Shown here piece by piece: positions 26,201 through 39,900 of a DNA stretch of 64,000 nucleotides (positions are counted from its first letter, which is position 1; the number at the start of each line of letters is the position of its first letter). Both the position numbers and the translations under genes were made by a program. Origin of the DNA: Iphione sp. A-MEVVRFRX5 (lineage: Eukaryota); assembly GCA_976226885.1 (NCBI GenBank), contig OZ320317.1:81902001-81966000 (forward strand), read 5' to 3'. Under the pieces are notes generated by a model. The model was given only the letters and a program-made list of their open reading frames with translations, was not told the DNA's origin and made no database searches.

Positions 26201-29200
26201 TGTGCTGAACTGCCCGGTCTTGTTAGGCGCTCCGTTCTGATGGAGCCGGCGGGTTCAGGATGACTGGATGTAATTATTCACGCCTGAGAATTAGACAGTG
26301 TACTTGGCATATCCAAATTGGTATCATACAGATTAAGGCTATATAGTTCTAATGTCTAGTCGTCCAATTGTATAGCTTCAGGAGACAGGGGAGCTCCACA
26401 ACTGGGTACATTCTTCTCACGACGACATATCCCCCTCCTCTGTATTTGATGTCGGGTTTTACTGTGCCATAGATCACTGAATGCCACTACGTCCAGATCA
26501 CATGGCCCAAATTCTATACTGCCCATAACTTGTTAAATGGACTGCCCCCCTTTTCATACTCGGCACTTACAGCCTTCTCCTACCGGGTGCTCGGACCATT
26601 TGTTTTTCTGGACCAACTTCCACGATACGGTGTGCGTACTGGGGCAGAGTGATGAGGGGGGATCGCCGGTAGCTGAAATAACAGGACCGCCTATATATCT
26701 GCCTCTCATTCACCAGGCGCAGCCAGTACATTTTTCCCCCAGTATCCTCGTAGGTACAAGGTAATATTCAACGTAAATCACAGGCACATGTGGACGTATA
26801 AGTCCTGACTGCTGCTTCTATATCATGACTGAGACACCGTACATAGAACTCAACGATAAATGCATTTTAGATACATACATGTACAATGTATATGCAGAAA
26901 ATTAAGAACTCATAAGAAAGTATTCAGCCGTTACATTAGGTTTATCCTCGTCTTTACGAAAGTTCTTTATCTGCGTTGGTTATCTGTAATATTGATTGTC
27001 CAATGGGCTGTTCGCTTTCTTTCTCTGTGCAACTGTGTGCTGGGTCAGTTTTTGTGCATGTTTGTGTATTCCAACCCTAATTGAACAGTTGAGAATCTGT
27101 GGACACAGATTTAAATGTAAATATATCCGAACTGATTCGTAGAATAAGTGTTAACCCTTCAACATAAAACACTGCCGAAGCAAGCCAATTCAAAACTTCA
27201 CATAGGGAACTGAATATCTGAACCCCAGGCGTTTATCTGAAAGTACAGTGCAAGAGGAGTGGGTGGAGGAGAGCCTATTTACCTATGTAAGGCAAGTCTT
27301 ACTTTGTACTTTAAAACGACCTTCCATAGAGACACTGCGCAGTGCTAGGGAGCCCAGTCAGCTTTGTCAAGGCGTCGCCCTCTGGCATGTAAGAACCGTT
27401 AAACATGCAGGGCGAGGTACTTTACAGTTGGAGCGGAGTGGCGAGGACAGTATATACGGTCAATGTGTGGACATTCACGTATTATCGCTCACTGCCACAG
27501 TGACGTTCCACCAGACGGCGTTGGGTGGGGATGGGGGGAGGTAGGGGGGTGGCTTCGATCGATACATTGTTTCCCGCCGTCTGTCCGGGCTTTCCGGGGA
27601 CGTGTGGAGGGGTTGCTTTAATGGGGAGCTGCAGCTGTAAAGTTGGACGCCACCGGCCTCGGACTGCCCATCAAAAAAAACCTCCACCAGTCCTTCAAGC
27701 AAGAGCCGAACGAGAGATGGATGCTGAAGTTAGGTGAGAAAGTTGCATTGACTGTCGTCCTCTGTATTAAATACATGTATTGTGCTTCAGAACACGCGTG
27801 GATGTGTTTGTAATTTTATATACAACCGAAGTAAACGTATAATGTAAACCGTGTATTTGGGGGGGGGGGGTTCATAGGTATGCAGCAAACGTTTTTACAG
27901 ACGGTCTTAAAAGGGGAAATTGATTCATTTGATTCACGACAATACAGATCAGTAGGGAAGAGTTTTCCGCGCTGCGCTCATGTCCCGTAATTTCCGTTCA
28001 TTTTCACCTCAGGCGACATAGAAATTGCTTGCTTTGGTGCATTCATTGGCCTGGTGACACTATTGATTTTAAAAATTCATGTGATAGACCATCATACGAT
28101 AGATATGAATGATGATGTCGGGAGGTAAAGTCAGATTATAAGTTGAGACGAGGATCACTTCCCATACACTGTACACTACCATTCATCTGAAAGAAAATCT
28201 TCTTGAACAAGAATTCGCCCTTGAATATGTATCCAGTGCAGGTATTACGGCGTGTCACAGTTTGTGTGCATATTGTACGACTAAAGATTTTTGGCTACGA
28301 AAAGATTTCATCTAAAGATAAAATATTAACGTGTATAGCCATATTTACTACAGGGCACAAAAGCTTTGGTTTGATGATTAGGCGCGAATGGATAAACCCA
28401 GATTACTTTTCCCCAGCTGGCCCATGTGTGTGCGTGGGATCTGTGGGAGATGTTAAGCTTAGAATTATATATGCCCTCGTGTTTTAACGTAACGTCCAAT
28501 GCACGGACAAGCCACGCTTTTTACATTTCTTCTCATGCACGCTCAGGAGAGGCCACCAACATAGGTGCCTCTGGTGAGGGCAAAACAGGTCGAGGTTGCA
28601 GAGTTATCGTGCGTAGCCAAGGCGATAATCACCATGGCAACACGAAGGAATAAGCGCGTCATATTGATCACCGCTTTCTTAACTTTCCGATCATGTTTCG
28701 AACCGCCTGCCATGAGCGATAATATGCCGGAATAGATCCATTCTGACAGACTTCGGCATGAATTCATAGATCCATCCGCATAGCTCTAAGGCGGAGACCG
28801 GGACAATGAGGGTAATACTAGCCACAGCCGTAGCTTTGGAATATTGCGCTTATTTTCCAAGAAGGTGAAGATATCATCTACAAGTAAAAAGCACATTTCG
28901 GATTCTTTTGATTCCCTTCTGAAATTGTAGATCAAATAGTATGCACAGCATTTCCTGGTAAGCACATACAAAATCGACCCATGTCATGTTTAATTCAGGA
29001 TCAAGTATTGGAGATACGCAGATAACGGGACTTTGTTCGACATAATCTACAAGTGTGCATTAGGGTGCAAATAAGCATTATGACGGGGAGTCAAATATCA
29101 AAGCATAAGTAAGGGGATAGAAGGAATGTGTTGAAGAGGAATGAAAGGTCTTAAAAGTGAAATAAAGATTTTGACCGCAGCAATTTAACCAGAGAGGTGT

Positions 29201-32200
29201 ATTGTAAGGATATATCGACCTGATCATCATGAAAAATTGCCCATATATAAAGATAAACTAGCCTGTGCAGGTAAAATAAACACATATATGGCTTGTTTTG
29301 TTATTTTCGCCGCCAGTTTCAGAGCCTTGACAGAGTGTACCGGTACACGCATTGCCTTATTGCAAGTCGTATCCTTCATTTCTCTGGCATTTATTGAGGA
29401 ATGGGTAATATGATGTGTCGCTTTGGTTGTAAAGTTACTGCAAATAGACTGCTGAAAGATGTTAGTGTTTCCCAATTTCTCGTCACCAAAAAGGCATACT
29501 TAACTGTGTGCATGTACTTGGGTTCAGGCTGTCGCAATTTAGCAGCACGAACTCATCACATGTCAAGCATATTATGAATGCATGGCTTAGGATGTTAAAT
29601 CAAATAAATGCTGGTGGAAAGATAATAGCTACTCCACATTATATATGTTACGTCCAGCTGTGTAGAAATACTGTACTTAAGTCTTTTACTATCTTTGGAG
29701 CGTATTGCTCTTTTATTAAGGCAATATTAGTTGCCCACAGTGAAGAAGATGCAGGTAACATAAAAATCCCTAATAAAGTCTCAAAGATATGTCTAGAGGT
29801 CCCTTGAATTTCGTTTAGTTCATTGCAGTCGTGTCCATCACACGGACAGTACTGTAAAGATAATTGAATGTTCATGTAGTAGTCATTGTGATAATGCTAC
29901 AAATGGATGAATAGTGGACATAATAAATGTGACGTTATCTCTTGGCGTATCGTGTGTAGTATCAAATACTTGGTGGTCTTTGAAATAATCAGTTATTATT
30001 TGCTTGTGTGTTATCACACTGAGTACGGACATGAGTAATACACATATGGCAAAGATTAGACTAAATTTCTATGTATCTGTGCAGGCTTTTGCCATGCCAG
30101 TCCATAGAGATAGTTGCACAGACATCAGGGGGGAGCATGGACACATGTATATCAATGTGTGAGTTTGTTTTTGATCCGGATTAAGTTGTGTGTATACAGA
30201 GAATGTATGTTTATAAATATATATTTTATATAGGCACAAGTGGATTATGTGTAATGTGCCATATGTGACTAAATCTGGCTGAACAGGGGTTGATTTTGCA
30301 TGATTTGAGCTATGTATACATGAATTTGACTAAAAAGGGATGGATCTTGTGTAATTTGTGAGATTTATGCACAAATCATGAACTTTCTTCCAAATGTCTA
30401 CAAAGAAACCACCACTTATAAAGCTTACTAGTGCAATGCTATGCTAACTATACCCCTCATTTAATATACATATACTTCTATGTTTAAAGTGGACACATAC
30501 TCCATGTAAAATGGCACATGATCATATCTCATACAGAGTTTGTGTTTTTCTCTAAGAAATAAAGGCACTTGAACCACCTCAGTTGATGAGAACAGATATC
30601 AAATAAACACAGAATCACCTAAGGAAAATCTGTGCACAGCACAGCTGCCTGTAAAGTAGGCTTTATACACATTGCATCCTACTAAATCTTGCAAAATTCA
30701 CACGGTACAGAGTTACTGCATTAGCAGAGTTAAAGGATACATTATTGGGCCAGTATTCCATGGTACATGTGGAACATGCATGCTGGAAGCATCTAGAGAA
30801 AAGGTGGTTTTTACCACCTGTTCCTGGATGATGCGGATGGGGGTAATTCACGGGTGCGTGGAATTTTCCTCTTTCCTTTCCTTTCCTTCTCTTTTTCCGT
30901 CTCTCTATCTTTTTCCACCTACTTGCACAAGAGGGCAAAATTTGGACAAATGCAGCTCAATTTTCCAAAGATTTGCACAAAAATAACACAATTTCGCAGA
31001 TTTAGCTTACTTTCCAAGAGATTTATTCAAAAAGGGACCACACTTACTGATCTCCTTACCGGAGACGAGAGGTGGAGGGCATGCGTATTGGGAGTGCGTG
31101 TGGGGGGGGGAAATTTAAGACTATTCAGTATTAACACCACACACATGCACATGCTTGCACTCCACCCATGGAAATGGGGTAGTTTATTCTCAGAATACAA
31201 CACCACCACACACGCAAGCACAGTACCCCCAAAGCACCCACATACACGCACGCACCCCAGACCCATGGAATCAAGGCCTAAGATGAGACAGATTCGGGTT
31301 GACACAAAACACGACGATGCCAGTCATGCAGCATCGATGCTTATTTTACATATATAATAAATCTGGAAATTCTAAAACATTTCACAGATTTTACAAGAAG
31401 GGCCGTAGTAATTTGGGTATTTTGCCGATGATGTTATTGTTTCGGACAAAAAAAAAGCAACGAACTCTGAGTAAAATCAACATTTAGCTGTTAAGATTAC
31501 AGAAACTGTTAAGGACAATCAGTGTCCATCAAGACAGGCCTTCAAAGAGTGATGGCTGCAGTTTTTTTCTTCCAAGTACAATACTTTTTTCTTCTAATAA
31601 AGGACTAGTAATTTGTAGACGGTCGTATCTGCTACTGCTCATCAACATTACTTTTACCTGTGCCATTTAATACCATGTGTCATTGTGACCTGCTCTGAAC
31701 AATGGGTGTCATTTGTAGCCAGTCCAGTTAATTTGCTCGCATGGTGCTGCCTCACGGTGCGTGCTGCGTTCTGTTTAGGTTTTAAAAATAGCCAGAATGT
31801 TCTTCAAATGGCCCACAAATCTGTTTAGTGATTATTTTTAGTGACTTTAAGCCATGATTATTTGTTCTTTATAACTGCACGCCATTTTTTCGGATAAGGC
31901 AATTTCAAATTGTTACACTAAAGAAAAGATGGCTTTAGGGTATAGCGCTCTTCGGCAAAATTCACAGGTGGTGAAAAATTCTCTGATGCTATGATAAGTT
32001 GTTATTTAATTTGCCTCTTACGTAATGTAAACCAGAGTAACTTGAAACTGCCATCGTAAGTTGATTCAAAGAGAGCAAGGGAAGTGATATCATAAAAGAT
32101 GTGACATGACATGTACAGAATATGGCAATATTTCATAAATTGTGTCATTCATATTTAAATTACTGCAGAGATTTATTTGAAACTACATAATGCTCGTCTT

Positions 32201-33477
32201 GCTATTTGAGTTAGATCACAAAAAAATGATGCTTGCACTGCATTTGTAGGCTGCACAACCAATTCATTAATCATAAACTGTAAACTGTATACCCCTTTAT
32301 GCCGAGTGATTAATACAAACATTCATTCATATAATTATAAACAGGGGCTTGGTACCTTTTGTGTTTTTATGTAGTCACTTATTTTATCCGAATGAACATA
32401 ACCTGATTTGGCATTCCCCTATGAAAAGTAGAACGTAACGATTATACGTGAAAAACCGATGTTCCTGGTTTTACCCTGGGTGCTCTATCTGTATGAATGC
32501 TACCTCTAAAAGGAAAAGTTCCTGATACATGCTAGCATGGAAAGGAGACAAGAATGTCAATACCGTAAACCTATCTCCTTACCTTTGCACTGGTCATGAA
32601 CGGTACCGCCACGCCTGCAACCTCTCACTTCTGCCCAACTTGGGTTCTTGAAATGCCGGTTATATCGACGTACCGATTACATCCCTCTCGCGGTCCGACG
32701 TGCACGGCGAATCGACTTATTGTCTTTTTTTAATGAGAAGTTGATTAGGGCCATGCCGACGACGAAGCCTGGCCCGCTTCACGCTGCCGGCGTCCAATAT
32801 CTTAACAATGTTATTTAATACATCATCATTAAGAAACCTAATCATATCGTTACCTGCAGACACCACACTTATCAAGACGCGGGCTTTAATTAAGCTTTTA
32901 CCTCCTGCATTATAAACACGACTAGCGCTAAAAGGCCATTTCTCGCGTTGGGCGGTGTCCGTCTCGCCAGAACGAGAGTTGAAATTGACCTTTTCCGTCT
33001 CACTAGATCAGCAGTACCCATTAGCAGATAAACGATTCTTCCGGAATCGTTCCTTCTTTTTTCATCGCAGGAATTCTATGCATCTATAACCTGCGGTGTG
33101 GGAACGACGCACGCAGTGTCATGTATAAAGACAGATTCACAGTTGAACCAAGGGGATCCATATTTTATTGATCGCCACGTGGATGGAGCATAATGAAGTT
33201 AGTTACGATGTTGATATAGTGGGCTCTTTAACAGGTGATATAACGAAAAGATAAAGGCAATGTTCAATACCTGCTGCCTAATTAGATCTTGATGAGAGAC
33301 AACATCGACACTGGAATCAACTCCCTTCTCCCATTTTATTGGCTCGATCCCTACATAGCGATACATGTACTTCTGGGAGTATTGCATATAATCAGTATGA
33401 TTGTCCCAGGCTGAATTGAAGAGCAGAACATACAGCTTTTTTGGATCTATACGTCGGTCTACTAAGAGATAAACTTA

Positions 33478-33807
33478 GGCCAACAAAAATATCAGTGTTT
33501 CTGGTAACGTGTTGAAAAATTGAAGGGTCAGTATAGGTAGGTGTTTTATTTTTTTATACCAAGGAAATGTTCCAGTTAAAAGGCTAGACAGTACAAAATA
33601 ATCATGGAACTATCACTTTCACTACTCAGATCTTAATATCACATGAAAGCCAAGGTCCTAAAGAAGGAAATGGTGTATTCTTTAAGTCTCTTACATTAAT
33701 CATTCTGCAGACACATGTATTCACAAAACAAGAAATACAATCTCCCACTAATACAAAAATTTGGATCGATTGGGTTACAGGAAACACAGATATTTTTTTA
33801 TTAGGCC
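33478..33807. mobile_element. PIF/Harbinger-like MITE, complete with exact TTA target duplication
   Basis: TTA|GGCCAACAAAAATATCAGTGTTTCTGGTAAC ... GTTACAGGAAACACAGATATTTTTTTATTAGGCC|TTA. The interior is homologous to 44114-44432. Confidence 0.8.
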
Positions 33808-36800
33808 TTACGTCGTTTCCCGCCATATCTGGTATGCTGCAGCGGCATTGTCCCACTCATTCTGAGAGAGGGAGATACAGGCCTGGGCGCCTCATGTTCA
33901 GCGTAGTCTGAAGGATGTGCGCGCCGCATGAACAGTCATTACTGCTTGTGTTTGTGTCGGTAGTTAAGTTTCTCATACAGTTTAAACATATTAAATTATT
34001 AACAGGCATATTTTTTTAAAGAAAAACTCAAGACGAATCCCTCTAAGAGTTCATGAATTTGGAGCAAGCTGCAGCAGGTTCTCTCGCCTCGCACAAATAC
34101 CTCTTATTTTCAAGTAAATGTAGATATATCCCACCTGGATGAATATCAACGTATTCTTATGTATAAGTTCCTCCTCACGCCAAGAAACTCAGTTTGACAA
34201 GATTCGGTCTTTTACTGAGAATAATGCGTATAATGTAAAAAGATGATCAGAGGTCAATTTAGAGATTGCTTTGGGGTAACCGAAGCAGGTGGATACTGCT
34301 TGTCTCCCCTGTATACATCTACAGTGCAGAGCTTCATTAATTTGATGGACCGGGGAGAATCGCCTTACTCACTGCCATCCCTATGAGCTCCCTAATATTT
34401 CTTAGTTATGGAAGGATGGATTTTCCGTAACTCAAGAGTCTCAGTAGTAATCTGGCTCTCTATTTCCTGGTCAATTCCCCCCCCCCCTTTATATCGGGCC
34501 CAACTATTTGACCCTCTGAAAAGGAATTGTAACGCTTACCACGACCTTTGCTCTGTTAGTTGTCCCCTATTTTGTACAGTAGGTGTGTTATAGATAATGT
34601 TATCCGTTATATATAAGGAGATGGGCACGTGAATAAGCAGACTGGGGCAGAAAATCTCCCAAAGCAAGAAGTCATTTCACAGATCCAATGTAAACTGCGA
34701 CATTAGTTTTGCCCGCAGGAGGGAATCCAATTTAATTCGATTTTCTTCGTGCATTTAATGATATTCAACTGCTTTTATACACTTACTCCCCCAGCAACAC
34801 TAGATCATGACAGGTGGCAGTGTGTTATAGGACTGAACGGAAATCAAATGCATGTAGAAAGTTAAGTGAATGATTGGAACATGCCGAGATGAAAGCGAAA
34901 AGGAAAGAGAGTCGAAGCGCACCGCGAAGCCCAGGAGGCCGTGGCTCTGTCTGTGTTGCTAGTGGAATGCGAATATAACACTGCAGTGGGCCAAGCTCTG
35001 CCGTACGGTGGTCTATTTGTGACGGACACGCTCTAAACCCAGCGGCGATAACGGACCCTTTGATCCAACAAGCGAAGCTCTGCCTCTCGGACCCTGCGCC
35101 GGAATATGGTTAGTTTAAACAGGAAGGGGCAACAGAGATACAGGTGGTATATATGGCAGGCCCGTAGGGAGCTCACCCAAAACCCAAGGTCGACAACGAA
35201 GACCTTCAGCAACCATTTTGGTGGGAACCAAGGAATCAAATGCACGCATCTTCGGGTCTTCGGGAAAATAGGCAGCCGATTCGCAAAACCAATATTTGAC
35301 GTGCGTGCCACCTGTCTTTCACCCTCGGACGTGTCTCCTTGGTCTCTTCATATGCGTGCATATTCTGTCGCCAATGTCGATAAAGAAAGGACTACATGAC
35401 GAACCTGCTTTACCTTGAATATTTGCCGCTGGCTGGCCTATTGCCTATGGGATATATACTCCTTGCACTGATTCGCGTGTATATCATGGGGTTGAGTTGC
35501 TCGCCACCGTATGAATATTCTATTCTGGACATAGGTTAATATAATCCCATGCACACTGTCGGATCCCAGAGGAGAATAATTATGTGTATCCCCCTTTCAA
35601 GATATACCTCGGCTTATTGTTCCCTGAGGGTCCTGCCACTTACGTGTACGTTGCAAATTTGCTGGTGAATTCCACGTAAGAATTGAGCATGCAGTGCCGT
35701 CGACCTGCGGGTCGACCCCTGCTCAGATACTATACAATGTGGTTCTTATTCCGTCCTGTTTACCCCTTTGTATTAACCATTCTACACTCGCAGAAACAAC
35801 TCAACGAGATGATTTCTACATATACATGTATTTGTTACAAACCGGAGAAAAGTACTATGCCAAGAGAGCTTTTCGTGTACTCTTTCAATACAACATTTAT
35901 CTAGTAGATTATGCAGAGTGTGCAAAGGAGAGGGTCAACAGCATAAGGGATTTTCCACCCGGGATTTCGGACACCACCTCGTGTGAACTATACCTGCCTA
36001 ATGATCCGCCAAGAATTGTTTTTTGTGTTCTTTCATCCACCTCTCTGCCCCTACAGAAACATGGCGTGCTGTCGCAGTCCCATGCATACCTACATTGACA
36101 TGCTCCGACAGAATTTGGGAACCTGATACAATGCGTGAATCCTTCTATATAGTGCTAACTGTAGAAAGGCAGATGCAAACGAATCTTACCCGTTTCCACC
36201 AATGCTTGCAGACGGTATTGTTATTCACTGACAGGCATCATCCGCCAAACGTCAAGACCCACGACATCGAGAGTAGAACCAGGAATTTACAGAGGAATAA
36301 ATGTGAAAGTAACATTGCCTATTCAGGCTGTATTAATTGCATTGGAAAGCAAATCTGGTACAAATCATGGATGTAGCTAAGGACAATTGCATCAAAAGTA
36401 ATGAATAGACACAACAATGGCTGGTAATAAAACAGATGCTTGACATTTCTCCGCTTGTATCGTGCAGGATTTCTTGTTGAATTCCATGATGTTGCTATTG
36501 CTAACGACTGTACACGTTTCTGACTGTTTTTCCTCCTTAACATGCAACGGGAAATAGCGTTTTTGCTATCCACAAACAACTGTGCATGGCAGGGGCCTGA
36601 GGCCAGCTGACAGGGCACGTGGCAGTCAAACCGTATGATACGATACCCATACTGTATATGTCTTCGGCAGGGTGTGTCAGTCCAGGAATGGTCACCTTGA
36701 GCTAAATATTGACAGATAGTATTGGGACTCAAAGGAAACTGCAGTGAGAAAACAGATATTAAAACTATATTTGAAAAAATACTCCTCCTTTAGAGGCAGC

Positions 36801-36883
36801 ATTTTTCCACAATAAAACTCTGAGAGAGAAAACAGTGGTTTAAATTGTAACTCACCTACAACACAAGAATATGACCTCGACAA

Positions 36884-36926
36884 TTATGTGCCTGATGAGA
36901 CATTGTCGAAACCGCGTGATGTATAG
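36884..36926 (+). ncRNA. Decayed minimal type I hammerhead ribozyme-like motif
   Basis: TTATGTGC-CTGATGA-GAC-ATT-GTC-GAAA-CCGC-GTG-ATGTATAG. Exact core and perfect 3-bp stem II. The near-palindromic ACCGCGT sits at stem III, but the triplet is GUG and stem I relies on G.U pairs. Confidence 0.5.
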
Positions 36927-39900
36927 TGGTAAACTATTGTAAATGCCCAAGTGGAATAAGCATTGTGATACCTTGTTGCCATTAGCAACAGTACACACAT
37001 AACCTTATCAAGGGCTAAACCAGAGGAATGCTGACCACTCACTTGGTAGCACTCTAAGAGTAAGGACTGTAGCGAACGTCTTTCCCGGATATTAAAACTA
37101 TACTCACTCGAAATTATAACACTTCTAACTATAATTTCGGTATCCTGGAAAGGCCACAGCTTCACACTATAAATGCAGACGTGTGTACAGTGGGTAGGGT
37201 ACTCAGGAACGTCTTAATATCAGTCATAGTGGGTAAAATACCGATCTCCAGAGAACGAATATCAGACTGTAAATTAAACTGTATAGCAACTTCCCATCAC
37301 ATAAAGAGGATCTCGAAAAAGTAAAACAATTACCTTTTACCAGAACGGAAGGGGACAACATAGCACTTGGTCGACATCCAGTCAATATACGTTTGGAAAA
37401 TGAGATTGCTTTTCTTAATGTGCATCAAGATCGCCATAGAATCGATATACATATATTGTGCCATTGTTGATATCTTTTTGGACGCTCATCGCATATAACT
37501 GTACGTCACAACTAAAGCAAGGGGGTTGACATTGAATAGTAACCTCCACAGCTCTATAGGGAAGCATCCATGCACACGAGTCTAGTGGAATTCTTGCTCC
37601 GATATGTACGGCATTCGGGTATAATTCCAAAGGAAGATAAATGTAGCTTTAGCATCACGTAGGACATGACCACGAAGGGTTAACTGGCAATGACCACATT
37701 AGGAAGGAGATCCAGTCGATTGATCCTTTCGCATTCGTCCCCCACACGGTTGAAAACTATACACAGTAAGTGTATCGCCATTTCATAATTCATAACAAAC
37801 CAAGGTGCCCATCCAAGGGTTCTATGAAAATGCAATGTATTTTCAACCATGAAGACGGGATAATGCGGATGAACACAATACTTACAGGATACTGTGATTA
37901 CTCATCTTTCCTCCAAAATATATAGGTCAAAGAACCTAATGCAGCACGTTTGCAATTTCTTGAGCTTTCCTTCTGTAAAAACAAACCTATACCATAATCA
38001 GCAATCATGCAGACATCTTTCCTAAAATAACGACAGGTCCAGGACAGGGTGCACGCGTCTGGGGTCTGGAGCAAGCTACTTTGCCATATCCCCCGTTAGC
38101 AGTATAGCTACGAGTCATATGCACAGCGGACGCATCAGATATGAGACACCTACTGGAGAATGTGTAAACCTGGGTGCAGTTTCCGGCGTTAGGTACGGAA
38201 GATATATACCGAAACTCTCTGGCAAACGGGGACGTATTTGTCAGCTGACTGCGTATGCCACGGAATGAGGGCGAACGTACCGAGGGGCCATCGCAAGCAA
38301 ATTGACAAGCGCTCGCGAAATTCAATTCAGGTTCGAAATGGTAGTCTCCGATGACATAAAAGAAAAAGCTCCTAGACATTGAAAATTCAGAAAATAATTG
38401 CGAAAGGGCATAAAACAGTAATAACCACAAATCTTAAGGAGCGTCTTTTGTCAGAAAAATCATCGTACGGATAATTGAACTCATTTTTTAGCCTTGTTAA
38501 CCATGCATAGCCCATGTTCCATTTAAAGAAAGAAAAACAACATGGTTAAAATCGAAAACTCTCCGAAATTAGTCGCAGCTTTAAGACATACAAGACAAGC
38601 GAAGATTCTTCCTTAGTTTTAATGCAAAACACTCTATTACTAACATATTCTTACCAGACTGAGGCTAAACACCATCAATCCAAAGAAGTCATAATGAATA
38701 TTACTTATTCACGAGGAAGTCAGTGTCAGACTCTCCTTCTGCGACAAACGTCATTCAAACTACACAAATCAGAAGCTTGAATCTTTTGCCACGTATGTTA
38801 TTTGGGCCGACGCCAGACTGAGTAGACCATAGAGTCTGACACATAAGACAGGCTCAGCTGAGGAACTCTAAAAGGCTGGGCGAAGGGAGGGGGGAGGCAC
38901 TCCTGAGAATCATCAATCAAAACATTGGATTATTGACTTAGCCGGAAGAGTCTGAATTTGACAATTGATTGGCATTTTGTTCAGTCCAATGTTCAAATCA
39001 CTGTCAAAGGTTGTACATCACAGGCGTGTCTGGTTTATAAAAAATTGTTTAGAATATTTTCTCGGAAAACACCTTCAGGATCTTGAGAAGAAGAAACGAA
39101 TCATCATAAATATTTCTCATCGATGTATTGATGAATAAAATATTTTCAGCGTATTAATATGGTAGTTCTTGAACAACTTTTATTGATGCTGTCTACCTGA
39201 AGCATCACCAGGAAGTAGCTCAGGCTGGCATTACTCCATAAAATTGCTGACACACTCGGCTGCCAAAATGCTATGATTTAGCCTACCTTTTATATCATGT
39301 GTATATTATGATCTCCAGAGGCTATTCACAAAATCCGCATAAGTTATAAAATAATTTTATATATGATGCTTTAACTGAATCCTAACCAAAGTATAACATC
39401 GTTACATTTAGTTCAGCGTTTTGGAGGGTAGCTGTTTATAACTCAAATATTGTTGAGTAAATTCAATAGAACCTTCTCATTTCCCATCGAGATTTTATAA
39501 AACAGTAAACATTTATATGTATTACATATGTGCCATAGCTTTATTTGTAGAGTGAATCACAAACATGATGGCTCACTGACAGGGATTACTTAATACATCC
39601 TGTCTCCCAAGAGCAGAATGTATAATAATGAAGATTGCCTCTCCTTATGCATGAGGGCTAATTGCTGCGGTCTGCATGTCACCGTCTCGTTCTCTCTTCT
39701 CCCTGGTTAAAATGTTAAACCTTCCGAATCACACATAGACATGTAGGGTGAGTATCAGTGACTACTTTTCATTCCCTCGGGGTTCCACACCCAGAAGCTC
39801 TGTGTCAAGGCATGGCTTTCAGGAGACGCTAGTGGGGAGGGGGAGGGTCACCTGCACGACGAAGAAAGCCCTATTAGCCTAATGATCACTTGTCTGGAAT

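Noticed and set aside
28543-28767. MS4A/tetraspan-like membrane protein fragment (IYSGILSLMAG...)
   Set aside because: The resemblance is vague, there are no convincing splice sites, and no neighbouring exons were found.
30854-31357. Longest listed ORF (167 aa) as a gene
   Set aside because: It starts at a non-ATG codon in a pyrimidine tract and runs through G and CA-rich low-complexity sequence; the peptide is not protein-like.
33033-33063. Rho-independent terminator (AACGATTC/GAATCGTT hairpin plus T-run)
   Set aside because: The T-run is better explained as a splice-acceptor pyrimidine tract, and there is no bacterial gene upstream.
34815-34838. miR-34-like sequence TGGCAGTGTGTTATAGG
   Set aside because: Only the seed region matches, and I see no complementary arm for a precursor hairpin.
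36640-36732. C-type lectin-like W-x-D-x-x-C motif (CQYLAQGDHSWTDTPC)
   Set aside because: The following Y/F-I-C and the rest of the domain are missing.
37330-37475. F-type lectin-like start (GDNIALGR)
   Set aside because: Only six residues resemble the motif, and the downstream A-x-Q-S-S signature is absent.
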